A stretch of 64,000 bases of DNA from Mobula hypostoma (taxonomy: Eukaryota), in assembly GCF_963921235.1 (NCBI RefSeq), contig NC_086097.1:208508001-208572000 (forward strand), read 5' to 3'. This document shows, one piece after another, positions 37,623-49,889 of this stretch. How positions within the stretch are numbered: position 1 is the stretch's first letter; every line of letters starts with the position of its first letter. A program made the translations under genes and the position numbers. Under the pieces are notes generated by a model. The model had not been told where the DNA came from. It worked only from the letters and a program-made list of their open reading frames with translations, and ran no database searches.

Positions 37623-38474
37623 TTAACATTTAGCAGTCAAGTGTCATTCATTTCATCAGCTTGGCAACAGCGTACATTCCACCCCGGCCAACGTCAGGCA
37701 AGCACTGAAGGAGCTGAGCATCATGATCAGCAGACATGAAACAATGTAGCCTGATGCCTTCTCCATCATTGCAGGAGGGATTTCAACCAGGCCAGCTTGA
37801 AGAAGTGTCTGACCCATTACCACCAGCATATCACCTGTGGAACCAGAGGAGTCAACACACTTGACTCCTGTTACACCACCATCAAATACACTTACCATGT
37901 CATCCCACAGCTGCACTTTGGAAAGTCCAATTACCTGGGTGTACTCTTTCTTCCAGTGTACAAGCAGAGATTGAGGGTTCACAGCATCAGTGGTGAAGAC
38001 CTGAGGGAATGGTCAAGGAAGGTGAAGGAGCACTTACAAGTCTGCTTTGAATCAGTGGACTGGATAATGTTCATTCACTTATCTTTGAATCTGAACGTAC
38101 ATGCCATAGTTGTTATTGACCTCATCAAGACCTGTGTGGATGATCGTATGCCTTCAAAAACATGCCAGTCATACCCAAACAAAAACCAGCAGATCTGCAG
38201 TCCGCTGAGGGTTAGCCTGTGCCATTCAAGACCAGTGATCCAGAACTATACAAAAGTCCAGGTAAAACTTATGGAAGGCTATTTTAAGGGTGAAAAAACA
38301 ATTCTTGATGTTAGATACAAAATCAGATGCACGTCAGCTCTCGCAGGGTTTGCAGACCATTACGTCCTACAAAGTGAAACCTAACATCATGAATGACTCT
38401 GATGTTTCACTTCCAGGTGAGCTCAATGCCTTTTATGCACGCTATGAAAGGAAAATAAAACTACACCTGTGTGC

Positions 38475-38778
38475 CACTATAGCTTAGCAGTTAGCGTGAC
38501 ATTATTACAGCTCAGAGTGTTGGAGTTCAGAGTTCAACCCCGGAGTCCTCTGTAAGGAATCTCAGTATGTCCTCCTTGTAAAATGCTTGGGTCTTCGCTG
38601 GGTCCTCTGATTTCCTCCCACAGTCCAAAGATGTACAGGGTAGCTTAACTGGTCATGGTAAATTTTTCTGTGATTAGGTTAGGGTTAAATTTGGGTTGTT
38701 GGGGATTGCTGGGTGGTGTGGCTTGAAGGGCTGGAAGGACCTATTCCATGCTATATCTCTAATTAAATTAATAAATAG
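38475..38778 (+). mobile_element. tRNA-derived SINE (V-SINE/HE1-like)
   Basis: Decayed A/B boxes; ttcctcccacagtccaaagatgtac core; (aataa)-type tail. Confidence 0.65.
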
Positions 38779-39404
38779 AATAAAATCCTTGCAGCATCTG
38801 GTGACACTGACTTCTGCCTGAGGCCGAAGTCAGAACATCTTCCAAGAGGGTAAACCCCTGTAAGGTGACAGACCCGAATGGTGTACCTGGTAGGTACACT
38901 GGTAGAATACCTGTGCCAACCCCTGGTGGGAGCGTTAAGGAAATCTTGAATCTCTCATTGCTGCAGTCAGAGGTTCCCACCTGCTTCAAAATAGATAGGT
39001 TCTTGATTAGTCAAGGGGTGAAGGGATATGGGGAAAAGGCAGAAGATTGGGTCTGAGGGAGAAAATGGATCAGCCATGATGAAATAGCACAGAGGACTCG
39101 ATGATCCAAATTGCCTAATTCTGCTCCGATATCTCATGGTCTTATGGTCTTAAAAGGGCGACAATCATAACAGTCTCCAAGAAGAACAGGGTGAGCTGCG
39201 TCAACGATTATTGCCCATTTGAACTCACATCCACTGTGCTGAAGTGCTTTGAGAGATTGGTCTCAGCCAGAATCAACCCCTGCCTCAGCAAGGACCTGGA
39301 CCAGCTGCAATTTGCATATTGGCGCAACAGGTCTACAGTGAATCTGACCTCCCTGGCTCTGCACTGGGCCTTGGACCATCTAGACAATACAATACCTACG
39401 TGAG

Positions 39405-39648
39405 GTTACAAACAAGAGAAAATCTGCAGATGCTGGAAATCTGAGCAACACACACAAAGTGCTGGAGGAACTCAGCAGGCCAGGCAGCATCTAAGAAAAG
39501 AGTACAGTTTTGGGCCGAAACCCTTCAGCAAGACTGGAGAAAAAAAGCTGAGGAGTAGATTTAAAGGGTGGAGGGAGGGGAGAGAGAAACACAAGGTGAG
39601 AGGTGAAACCTAAAAGGGGAGGAATGAAGTAAAGAGCGGGGAAGTAAA
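39405..39648 (-). mobile_element. Penelope-like terminal fragment
   Basis: aatctgcagatgctgg...gctggaggaactcagcaggccaggcagcatc, shared with the 61685-62850 element. Confidence 0.75.
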
Positions 39649-41164
39649 TTACCTATGTCAGGTTGCTGTTTGTTGATTACAGCTCAGAATTCAACACCAT
39701 CATACCCCCAGTACTAATCAACAAGCTCCAAAACCTGGGTCTCTGTACCTCTCTCTGAAACTGGATCCTTGCCTTCCTCTTCGGGAGACTAAAGTCAATG
39801 CGGATCAGAAATAACATTTCCTCCTCGCTAATAATCAACACCAACACACCTCAAGAATGAGTGCTTAGCCCGCTGCTCTACTCTACACCCACAACTGTGT
39901 GGCTAGGCACAACTCAAATGGCATCTATCAATTTGCCAATGACACAACTGTTGTTGGCAGAACTTCAGATGGTGATGAGGAGCCATATAGGTGTGAAATA
40001 GATAGGCTGGTTGAGTGGTGCTTCAACCACAACCCTGCACTCAATGTCAGTCAGATGAAGAAATTGATTGAGGACTTCAGGAAGGGGAAGCTGAGCGAAC
40101 ACACACCAATACTCATCAAGGAATCAGCAGTGGAAATGGTGAGCAGTTTCAAGTTCCTGGCTGTCAAATTTTCTCAACATGTATCCTGGACCAATATATT
40201 TATGCACTTATAAATAAGGCACGACGATGGCTAAATTTCATTAAGAGTCTGAGGAGATTTGGTATGTCACCTAGCAAAACCCTAGCAAATTTTTACAAAT
40301 GTACTATGGAGAGCATTCTAACTGGCTGCATCATCATCTGGTATGAAGGAGGCAGTGCACAGGAGCAGAAAAAGCTGCAGAAAGTTGCAAACTCAGCCAT
40401 TTCCATCATGGGCAATAGCCTCCCCATGATGATGAGGACATCATCAAACAGGTGACCTCCATCATTAAGAACTCCCATCACCAAGGACACGCCCTATTTT
40501 CATTTATGACCATCAAGGAGGTACAAGTGTCACAGAAAAGACACACTCCACTTTTTCAGAACAGCTTCTACCATTTCGCCATGAGACTTCTGAATGAACA
40601 ACGAACCCATGTAAACTACCTCACTTTTTTAAAATTTTGCTTTCTTTTTGTACTACTTATTTAATTTAGTCTTTGAAATAGAGTGGATTCCAGTTAATTG
40701 GGCCATCAATTAATCGGATCAGCCACTTGTTACAAAACCTAATTGAGAAAATAGCCAAGATTCCCTTTGTTTATTTGAGCAACTGCGTCTCTTACTTGGG
40801 GCACGGCACTGATGCCAGTTTCTAACTTGCATCAGTTGCTGCACTTGTGTGACTGTTAGACTCTACAGCATTCTTCAAGTGAACTGTTTTTAAATAGCGT
40901 CAATTATGTGTGTTTGTGTTCAAAAGGTTTTGCTCACTGTTGTTTCAAGCATTCAGGTTTGGCGATGCCAGAAATGGTCGATAGTGGAAATGCAACTATT
41001 TCACTACTTCAGCGTGTCAGAAAGTACAGAGAATTTGAAGGCATTGACAAGCATCATGAATATTACAATGAAAATGAAGATTTGCACAATGCAATCATCG
41101 ACAGCATTGCATGAAAGCTGTCCATTATCTGCATTAGGTTTCTGTGCTTATTTTGTTCATTAAA

Positions 41165-41630
41165 GCCATAGGACCATAAGATATAGGAGCAGAATTAGGT
41201 CATTTGGCTTATCGAGCATCAGAGCTATGGGTAACCCTAGTAATTTCCAAAATAAGTACATGTCCAGTAGTGCATCGTGTGCTGAAGGGCCTGTATTGTG
41301 CTGTAGTTTTTCTATGTATCTATGAGTCTGCTCGGCCATTTCATCATGGCTGATCCAATTTTCCTCTCAGCCGCAAACTTCTGCCTTCTCCCGATATCCC
41401 TTCATGCCCTGACCAATCAAGAACCTATCAATATCTGCCTTAAATGTATATAAAGTCTTGGCCTCCTCAGCTGTCTGTGGCAAAGAATTCCACAAATTCA
41501 CCACTCTCTGGCTAAAGAAATTCCTCCTCACCTCCATTCTAAAAGGATATCTCTCTATTCTGAGGCTACGTTGTCTGGCCTTAGACTCTCCCATCATAGG
41601 AAACATACTCTCCGCATCCAAAACTGTCAA
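41165..41630 (-). mobile_element. CR1 LINE 3' end(s)
   Basis: RRNFFSQRVVNLWNSLP; includes a second short plus-strand CR1 tail at ~41220-41325. Confidence 0.8.
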
Positions 41631-42802
41631 ATGAACATTGTGGATGAATTGCTCTGCTGATACGCATTAGGAACTAACACAGATTTATAATACTGTATTA
41701 TATAATTGTGATCATGTAGTAGTATTAATAGTGTTCTAATTTGTTCTAAAATTCATTTAAATAGGATTACCTTAGTGTAATTTACTGTTTTTGTTATGTA
41801 TTGCACTGTACTGCTGCTGCAAAACAACATTCTATATGCCAGTGATATCAAATCTGATTCTGTTTCTAACAGATTTCAATATTTTTCCAACTATTTCTAT
41901 TTTAAAAAAGCTTACTCCCTTCTCTCCTGAAGCAACTGGTACTGCTTTACTGGCCTCATCTCCTGTCCTTTTCCTCTGTCAGATCCTAGTTCTCTGTATA
42001 ACTAACCAGACCCTTTATATGGTGCACTCATAAAGTCTATAGTTGCAGAGCACTCGTTCCCTTTAGCTCCTTAGATGGGTAGCTTCCAGGAGGAATGTTC
42101 ATGGAGAGATGAAGTCATCAGAAGTCTTTTGAATGCAGTTCATTTCCATTTGTGACTAGTAAAAGCTGAACATCAGTTCAAGAAGATGTCTAGAAATTTA
42201 ACGAATGGTTTCTTCCCTCCTGTTTAGCAGGACATTTGTAGTATTAGTCTAATCATTATTTTGAAGGTTTTCTGGGCTTCTGCTGCAATTATCGAATTAT
42301 TGTTCAGCATCTACAAAGGGTGATTGGATTGGTCATCTGAATTGTGATCATGATTTGGGTGGCCACTCCATCATTGTTAAACTCCTTTCTCAAGAGAGCA
42401 TCATGTACAAAAATATATGAGCAATGACGCTCAGAATGCAATGTTACTCACTTTGGAGATTCTAACAAAGTACTAAGGGAAAATTGACTCCTAATTGTAT
42501 TTCAATTCAGGAAGGTTACATTACAGATATAGGTCCTCCAGCCCAACAGGTCCATGCCAACAATGGTCCAAATTTCCTGCGTTCAGCCCATAGTCCTCTA
42601 AGCCCTGCCCCTCCATGTACCTTTCTACAATTTTCCTAATTTAACCACACCTTCCCTATAACAGGGCAACTAAAACTGTACATACTGTAGTACTCCAGGG
42701 ACAATAAACTTACTGATGCAGCTTTCTCTTTTATGACAATGGTAAATTAACTTGTGTTTGTCCGTCTAGGATAACCCAACCTTGAAGTGAATTGGAAGGA
42801 CT

Positions 42803-43235
42803 ACAAAATCTGCAGATGTTTGAAATCCAAGCAACATACACAAGTTACTGGAGGAGCTCAGCAGGCCATGCAACACCTATGGAAAAGAGTAAACTATCAT
42901 TGTTTTCGGTTGGAAAGAAAGATGAGAAGTTAGAGCAAGAAGGTGGGGTGAGGCAAGGATGAAGTACACGATGGTAGGCAATAGGTGAAACCAGAAGAGG
43001 GGGACGGGTGAAGTAAAGAGCTGGGAAACTGTCAAGTGAAAGAGATAAAGGGCTGGAGAAAGGGAATCTGATAGGAGAGGGTAGAAGAAAGAGAAGGGGG
43101 AGGAGCACTAGAGGGAGGAGATGGGCAGGTAAGAAGATAAGGTGAGAAAGTGAAACGGGAATGGAAATGGTGAAGGAGGTAGGGGGCAATTACCAGAAGT
43201 TCGAGAAATCAATGTTCGTGCCATCAGGTTGGCAG
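42803..43235 (-). mobile_element. Penelope-like terminal fragment
   Basis: Purine-rich body and aattaccagaagttcgagaaatcaatgttc, homologous to ~62030-62060. Confidence 0.75.
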
Positions 43236-43239
43236 CCTA

Positions 43240-43890
43240 TATTTGTTATCTTAATTCATAATTCAAGTCAGAATTACTGATGCCAAGATTAAGGAAGGCA
43301 TTTTGTTGGTCCACAAATCAAACAAATGATAGGCAATTCAAAGAACTCTTGGTGGGACTGGAGAAAACCACATGGAAGGCATCCAAGGATGTTGCTGAAA
43401 TTTTTTTTGTCAACCACGGAGCACCAAATTATGTGCAGCAGGTTGACAACATGTTTCAAGTAAACAAAACCATGCAGTGCAACCTGTCACTAAAGATCCA
43501 TTTTCTGCATTCCCATTTAGACTTCTTCCCTGCAAATCTTGGCGCTGTCAATGACAAGCATGGTGAAGGGTTTCACCAGGGCATTGTGGTCATGGAGAAA
43601 CGGTATCAGGGCAACTGGAATCCGTCAGTGCTGGCAGGTGATTGTTAAGAAAGAAGCCTCAGGCACTGAGTACAAGTGAAAATTATCAACATCACATTTT
43701 TAACTTAGTTGAACAATTGCGAAGTGTCAGTACTTTTATGCAATTAAACGTATAATATTCAATAAAAGTTATATGATACGAGTAGTCTAAAATTATATTT
43801 GTGTTCAACTTCAAGTGGTCTATCATAAGCAAAAAAAATTCAATGAAAACAGCACTTTTGAAAAAATTAGCTATTAGGTTAAATCCTAAC
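43240..43890 (+). mobile_element. DNA transposase C-terminal remnant, Chapaev3/CMC-like
   Basis: IKEGI...; LSLKIHFLHSHLDFFPANLGAVNDKHGEGFHQGIVVMEKRYQGNW, a conserved transposase block. Superfamily recalled, not searched. Confidence 0.65.
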
Positions 43891-44579
43891 AAAATCTCCC
43901 AATATTGTTACCCTACTCGGGTGTGGTTTAGGAATACCATGTTAATTTAAGGACCCTCTTTTTGAGGCAAAAGTTCACATGCACCTTCTCCAATCTCATC
44001 TACTGTATATGGTTTCTCGTGTGATCAAGTGCCAACTAGGTGAGCAGTTTGCAGATATTTTCTTCCTCCCTCCTCCTCCCTCTCTCCCTCTCCTTCTCCC
44101 CCTCCCCTTCCTTTCCTCCTCCCTCTTCCCCTCTCTCCTTCTCACCTTCTCCTCCCTTTCTTCCTCCCTTTTTCTTCTGCTTCCCTGATCCACCTGTCCC
44201 CCTCCCCTACTTGTCTCAACTTGCCTGAAATCCTTCACCCCTCTTCAATCCAATGTCTTCAGACTCCTGTCTCACACTGTCCCGCTCCTAATCCTCCCTG
44301 TACTGACTATCTGCTCTCTCCACTCTCAGTCCTTATGAAGCGTTTCAGTATGAAACATAGACAAATCCTTTTTTCCACAGAGGCTGTGCACTCCACTGAG
44401 TTCTTCCTGGATATTATCCGTTGCTCCATTTTCCAGCATCTGCTGTCTCATGTCTACGCTCATACTCTCCTAGCTGACATGACCAATTTTGGGATTTTCT
44501 AAAACTCCGTCCCTATAACCATGAGGCAAAGACGAATGCTGGGCTGGGAATGTTGAATAATCATTCAATTTTCAATATC

Positions 44580-45545
44580 AAAATCAGAAACAGGTTTTAT
44601 ATCATCGGCAAATGTCATGAAATTTGTTAACTTAGCAACAGCAGTACAACGTAGTACTGAGAAAAGAAAAAGTAAATCAATTACAGTAAGTATATATATG
44701 TATATTGTTAAATTAACTATAGTGCAAAAACAGAAATAATAGAAGTGAGGTCGTGTTCAAGGGTTCAATGTCTATTTAGGAATCAGATGGCAGGGGGGAA
44801 GAGCATGTCCCTGAATCGCTGAGCATGTGTTTTCAGGCTTCTGTACCTCCATCCTGATGGTAGCAATGAGAAGAGGGTATGTCCTGGGTAACAGGGTTCC
44901 TTAATGATGGGTGCCACTTTTCTGAAGCATTGCTCTTTGAAGGTGTCTTGGAGACTATGGAAGAAAGTACCCAAGATGGTGGTGACTAATTTTAATACTT
45001 TCTGTAGCTTCTTTCAATCCTGTGCAGTAGCTGCCCCGCCCCCACCCCCATACCAGACAATGATGTAGCCTGTCAGAATGCTCTCCACAGTGCATGTGTA
45101 GAAGTGTTTGAGAGTCTTAGGTGACAAACCACATCTCCTAATGAAATACAGCCACTGTCTTGCCTTCTTTATAGCTGCATCGATATGTTGGGACCAGGTT
45201 AGATCCTCAGAGATATTGATACCCAGGAACTTGAAATTGCTCACTCTCTCCACTTCTGATCCCTCTATGAGGATTGGTTCATGTTCCCTTTTCCTATCCT
45301 CTCTGCAGTCCACAGTCAGCTATTTGGCCTTACTGACACTGAGTGCAATGTTGTTGCTGCGACATCACTCCAGTAGTTGGCATAATTCACTCCTACTCAC
45401 CCTCTCGTCTCCATCTGAGATTCTGCCAGCAATGGTTGTATCATCAGCATATTTACAGATGCCTAGCCACACAGTCATGGGTGTAGAGAGAGTAGTGCAG
45501 TGGGTTAAACGCACATCCCTGAGGTGCACCAGTATTGATTGTTAG
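44580..45545 (-). mobile_element. Rex1/Babar LINE 3' fragment
   Basis: VERVSNFKFLGINISEDLTW...FYTCTVESILTG. Confidence 0.85.
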
Positions 45546-45549
45546 TGAG

Positions 45550-45917
45550 GAGGAGATTGGACAGGCTAGATGCAGGAAGATTGTTCCCGATGTTGGGAAA
45601 GTCCAGAACGAGGGGCCACAGTTTGAGGATAGAGAGGAAGCCTTTTAGGACCGAGATTAGGAAAAACTTCTTCACACAGAGAGTGGTGAATCTGTGGAAT
45701 TCTCTGCCACGGGAAACTGTTGAGGCCAGTTCATTGGCTATATTTAAGAGGGAGTTAGATATGGCCCTTGTGGCTACGGGAGTCAGGGGGTATGGAGGGA
45801 AGGCTGGGGCGGGGTTCTGAGTTGGATGATCAGCCATGATCATAATAAATGGCGGTGCAGGCTCGAAGGGCCGAATGGCCTACTCCTGCACCTATTTTCT
45901 ATGTTTCTATGTTTCTA
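45550..45917 (+). mobile_element. CR1 LINE 3' end, little diverged
   Basis: SRTRGHSLRI...FFTQRVVNLWNSLP; (tttctatg)n tail. Confidence 0.9.
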
Positions 45918-46364
45918 ATATGAATTTCAAGAAAGTAGGAGAGAGAAGTGTGAATCTAATTGTAAATCCAACCACTTGCTTATGGCCCAGCTGAATCCCA
46001 TCATATACATCCAACAAAATGCTAAGAATGCAACACCACCAAGATCAGAGGCCTGATCTTGGAGGCCTGACCAGATGAGGTTGTTCCCTTGTGGACCTAA
46101 GTCATAACCATCGGAACTTTGGCTTTAATTATTCACAGCCTACTCTTAGTAACTATTCGAATCTCAAAGTGACTCTACCTAATCAATAGGTGTCAATAGG
46201 TACATTTAATGTCAGAGAAACGTATACAATATACATCCTGAAATTCTTTTTCTTCGCAAACATCCACGAAAACAGAGGAGTGCCCCAAAGAATGAACGAC
46301 AATGAAAACGTTAGAACCACAAAGCCCCCCCCAACTAACTCCCCCTCCCACGCATAAGACGTTG

Positions 46365-46935
46365 ATTAGATTGCACTTACAGTATTATGAGCAGTTTTGA
46401 GCCCCTTATCTAAGAAAAAATATGCTTTCACCGGAGAGAGTCCATAGGAGATTTACAAAAATGATACTAGAATGAAAGGGTTAAAGTGTGAGCAGTGTTT
46501 AATTGCTCTGGGCCTTTACTCAGTGGAGCTTAGAAGAATGAGGGGAATTTCATTGAAACCGATTGAAGATTGAAAGACTCAGATAGAATATTTGTGAAGT
46601 GGATGGTTCCTACAGTGGGGAAGTCTAGGAACAGAGGGTACAGCCTCAGAATAGATGCATGTCTATTTAGAACAGAGATGAAGAGGATTCTCTAAGCTCG
46701 GGGGTGGTGAATCTGTGGAATTCATTGCCACAGTTGGCTGTGGAGGCCAATTCATTGGTTACATTTAAAATGGAGACTGATAGGTTCTTGGTTAGTAAGA
46801 GTGGTCAATGGTTCTGGGAGAAGGCAGGAGAATAGGACTGAGAGGGATAATAAATTAGCTGTGATGGAATAGCAGAGTAGACTCAATGGGCTGAATGGCA
46901 TGATTCCACCCTGGTGTCTTATTGTCATATGGTTT
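46365..46935 (+). mobile_element. Older CR1 LINE 3' end
   Basis: Degenerate match to the other CR1 3' ends in the window. Confidence 0.75.
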
Positions 46936-47194
46936 TATTATAATCTTTTGGAATAAAGGTACCTTTATTTTGTTTTAAAATTATTTTTCACCTTAAATCA
47001 TATCATCGTAATTCCCAATACAATAAATGTGTGCAAATTTGTGTCTAAAACCTGGCATTGCGTTTAGAACCTAAACAGGGTGCAGAGGATATATATTAGA
47101 ATTATTAGAATGCTAGCAGGGGATAAGAGGATTCAGTTAAGCAGAGAAGCTGTGATTGAAAGTGCAGTAAGCAGAAAATAACACGTGACTTGTG

Positions 47195-48876
47195 ACGAGG
47201 GATGCATATCATCGCAGGCTTCAAATCCGAACGTAGTGGTGCCGCCAACATCGTGACCTCTCTCCCAGATGAATTCAATTGCTTTTACGCTCAGTTCAAT
47301 GTCGCTAACTCTGAGCCTCCAAGGAAAGCCACCGCTACAACCTGCAACCTGGTCATCTCTGAGGCTGAGGTACGCAGATGTTTCCAATGAGTGGCCAGTC
47401 ACAAGGCTGCAGGACAGGATGGCATCCCAGAGCGAGTACTCAGCTGTGTGCAGCACAACTGGCGGGTGTGTTTACAGACATTTTTAATCTCTCCATCTCC
47501 CAGTGTAGAGTGCCCCACTGTTTCAAGTTATCCACCATTGTTCCTGTACCAAAAAAGACCAGGGTAACATACCTGAACGACTGGCGTCCTGTCGCACTCA
47601 CCTCAATAATAAGCAAATGCTTTGAGAGGCTGGTCAAGGATTACATCTGCAGCTTGCTACCACCCACACTGGACACCCTACTATTCGCCTACTGACACAA
47701 CCGATCGACAGACGACGCAATAGCCACTGCTCTACATACTGACCTTACACATCTGGAGAAGAAGGATGCTTATGTGAGAATGCTGTTCTTGGACTACAGT
47801 TCAGCATTCAATACCATAGTTCCATCCAGGCTCGACAAGAAGCTCAGAGTCCTCCACCTTGACCCTGCCTTGTGCAGCTGGATTCTAGACTTCCTGACAG
47901 ATCGCTGTCAGGTGATAAGGATGGGCTCCCTCACCTCCACCCCTCTGACTCTCAACACAGGAGCCCCTCAGGGCTGTGTACTAAGTCCCCTCTTTTACTC
48001 CCTGTATACTCATGACTGTGTCGCCACCCATAGCTCTAATCTGCTAATTAAATTTGCTGATGACACTACATTTATTGGCCTAATCTCAAACAATAATGAG
48101 GTGGCCTACAGGGAAGAAGTCATCTCTCTGACACAGTGGTGTCAAGAAAACAATCTCTCCCTTAATGTCTCAAAAACAAAGGAGCTGGTTGTGGATTACA
48201 GGAGGAATGGAGATGAGCTAACCCCTATTGACTCAATGGATCTGGGGTTGAGAGGGTAAACAGCTTTATGTTCCTCGGCATCCACATCACTAAGGACCTC
48301 AAGTGGTCTGTACCCTCCAGCTGTGTGGTGAAAAAGGCACAACAACGCCTCTTTCACCTCAGACGGTTGAGGAAGTTTGGTATGGGCCCCCAAATCCTAA
48401 GAGCTTTCTGTAGGGGCACAATTGAGAACATCCTGACTGGCTGCATCACTGCCTGGTATGGGAACTGTACCTCCCTTAATCGCAGGCCTCTGCAGAGAGT
48501 AGTGCGGGCAGCCCATCGCAGCTGTAGTTGTGAACTTTCCATGATTCAGGACGTTTACAAAGACAGGTGTGTAGAAAGGGCCCGTAGGATCACTGGGGAC
48601 CCAAGTCATCCGACCTCAATCAATTCCAGCTGCTACCATCTGGGAAACGGTACTGCATCATAAAAGATAGGATCAACAGGCTCCAGGATAGCTTCTTCCA
48701 TCAGGCCATCAGACTGATTAACTCACGCTGATTTGAGTGTATTTCTATATCACATTGACTTCTATTTATTATAAATTACTGTGATTGCACATTGCACATT
48801 TAGATGGAGACGTAACATAAAGAATTTTACTCCTCATGTATGTGAAGGATGCAAGAAATAAAGTCAATTAAATTCA
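47195..48876 (+). mobile_element. Rex1/Babar LINE RT and 3' end
   Basis: [33 protein letters not shown] and KFADDTT motifs, with a few frameshifts. Confidence 0.92.
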
Positions 48877-49889
48877 TATAGGAATGTCAGGCAGAGGTTT
48901 AATATATGTGAATGAAAAAAATTCTAGTAGCAAAAAACATGAAAGTTTTTTTGGTGGGATAATTGGCAATCAATCTAAGGTAATTGAAAAAGTAATAATG
49001 AAATGGGAGATTTTATATAGTAGATAGTTTATACTACCTATTAGTTTTGAAGTATAGATAGGCAAGAAATTCAACATTACAATGGTTCATAAATGGCAAT
49101 TTGTATTTTGGTATACCGTTCTTTGGATGATGGTATGGAATTTTTTACCTTAACATTTTTCCAAAAAGAAAGACATTTCTTAAAATGAAGGCACCACTCG
49201 TTATAATACTCATGCATATGTCAAAGTTATAGGTTGAAGTGATAGAATTCATGATGTATACAATCTGACCTCTGGACCATATTGAGTCAAGGTATTGACC
49301 ACTATTTATGCAGTGTTGGAAAGTGAAATGTTTAAGAGGAAAAGATAATGCTTTTGAGGTTGCTCATGTTAATGCACAGGCTGATTTTTTTCTGTATAAT
49401 AAAAGGATGTACCATGGTGATTATATTTTGTGTAACATATACAATAAATAAATTTTCACTTTTCGTTGATTTTCAAATGCTACTGCAGGTGACATGGAAG
49501 TGAGGAGGAAAATTAGTTAATTGTGTAAATGAAAACAGGAAACAGATGCTTGCTTACAGGAGGTGATAGGACTGCACTCATTGAATGGACATGATGTTAG
49601 ACAGGGAGCAGCTGCATCCTGGCTACAATGTTGTCTGCTTTTGCATTCTTACAAACTGCATCGGAATTAGACCAACCTGCTTATTTTTTTTGGTTAAATT
49701 TGAACATTAAATAGGCATGAAGTTGTAAATCAGCACAAGGTTTCAATTGCCAAAATAACTATATTTTTAAAAATGCAGTACAATGCCTAGTTCTTAGTAA
49801 ATTCAAGGCCTATTGGAATGTGTTTCACAAATTCAAGATGAGATTATTCTTGCTGTGTTTTATTTATATTTGAAATGTACTAGATGTAC

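Larger units (their letters stand above)
32685..40665 (+). mobile_element. Near full-length Rex1/Babar LINE fragmented by nested insertions
   Basis: Collinear pieces: 5' part ~32685-32945; endonuclease start ~34615-34895 (CYVLCFMETW); endonuclease/RT ~37620-38475, 38780-38990, 39150-39400; RT and 3' end 39650-40665. Confidence 0.7.
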
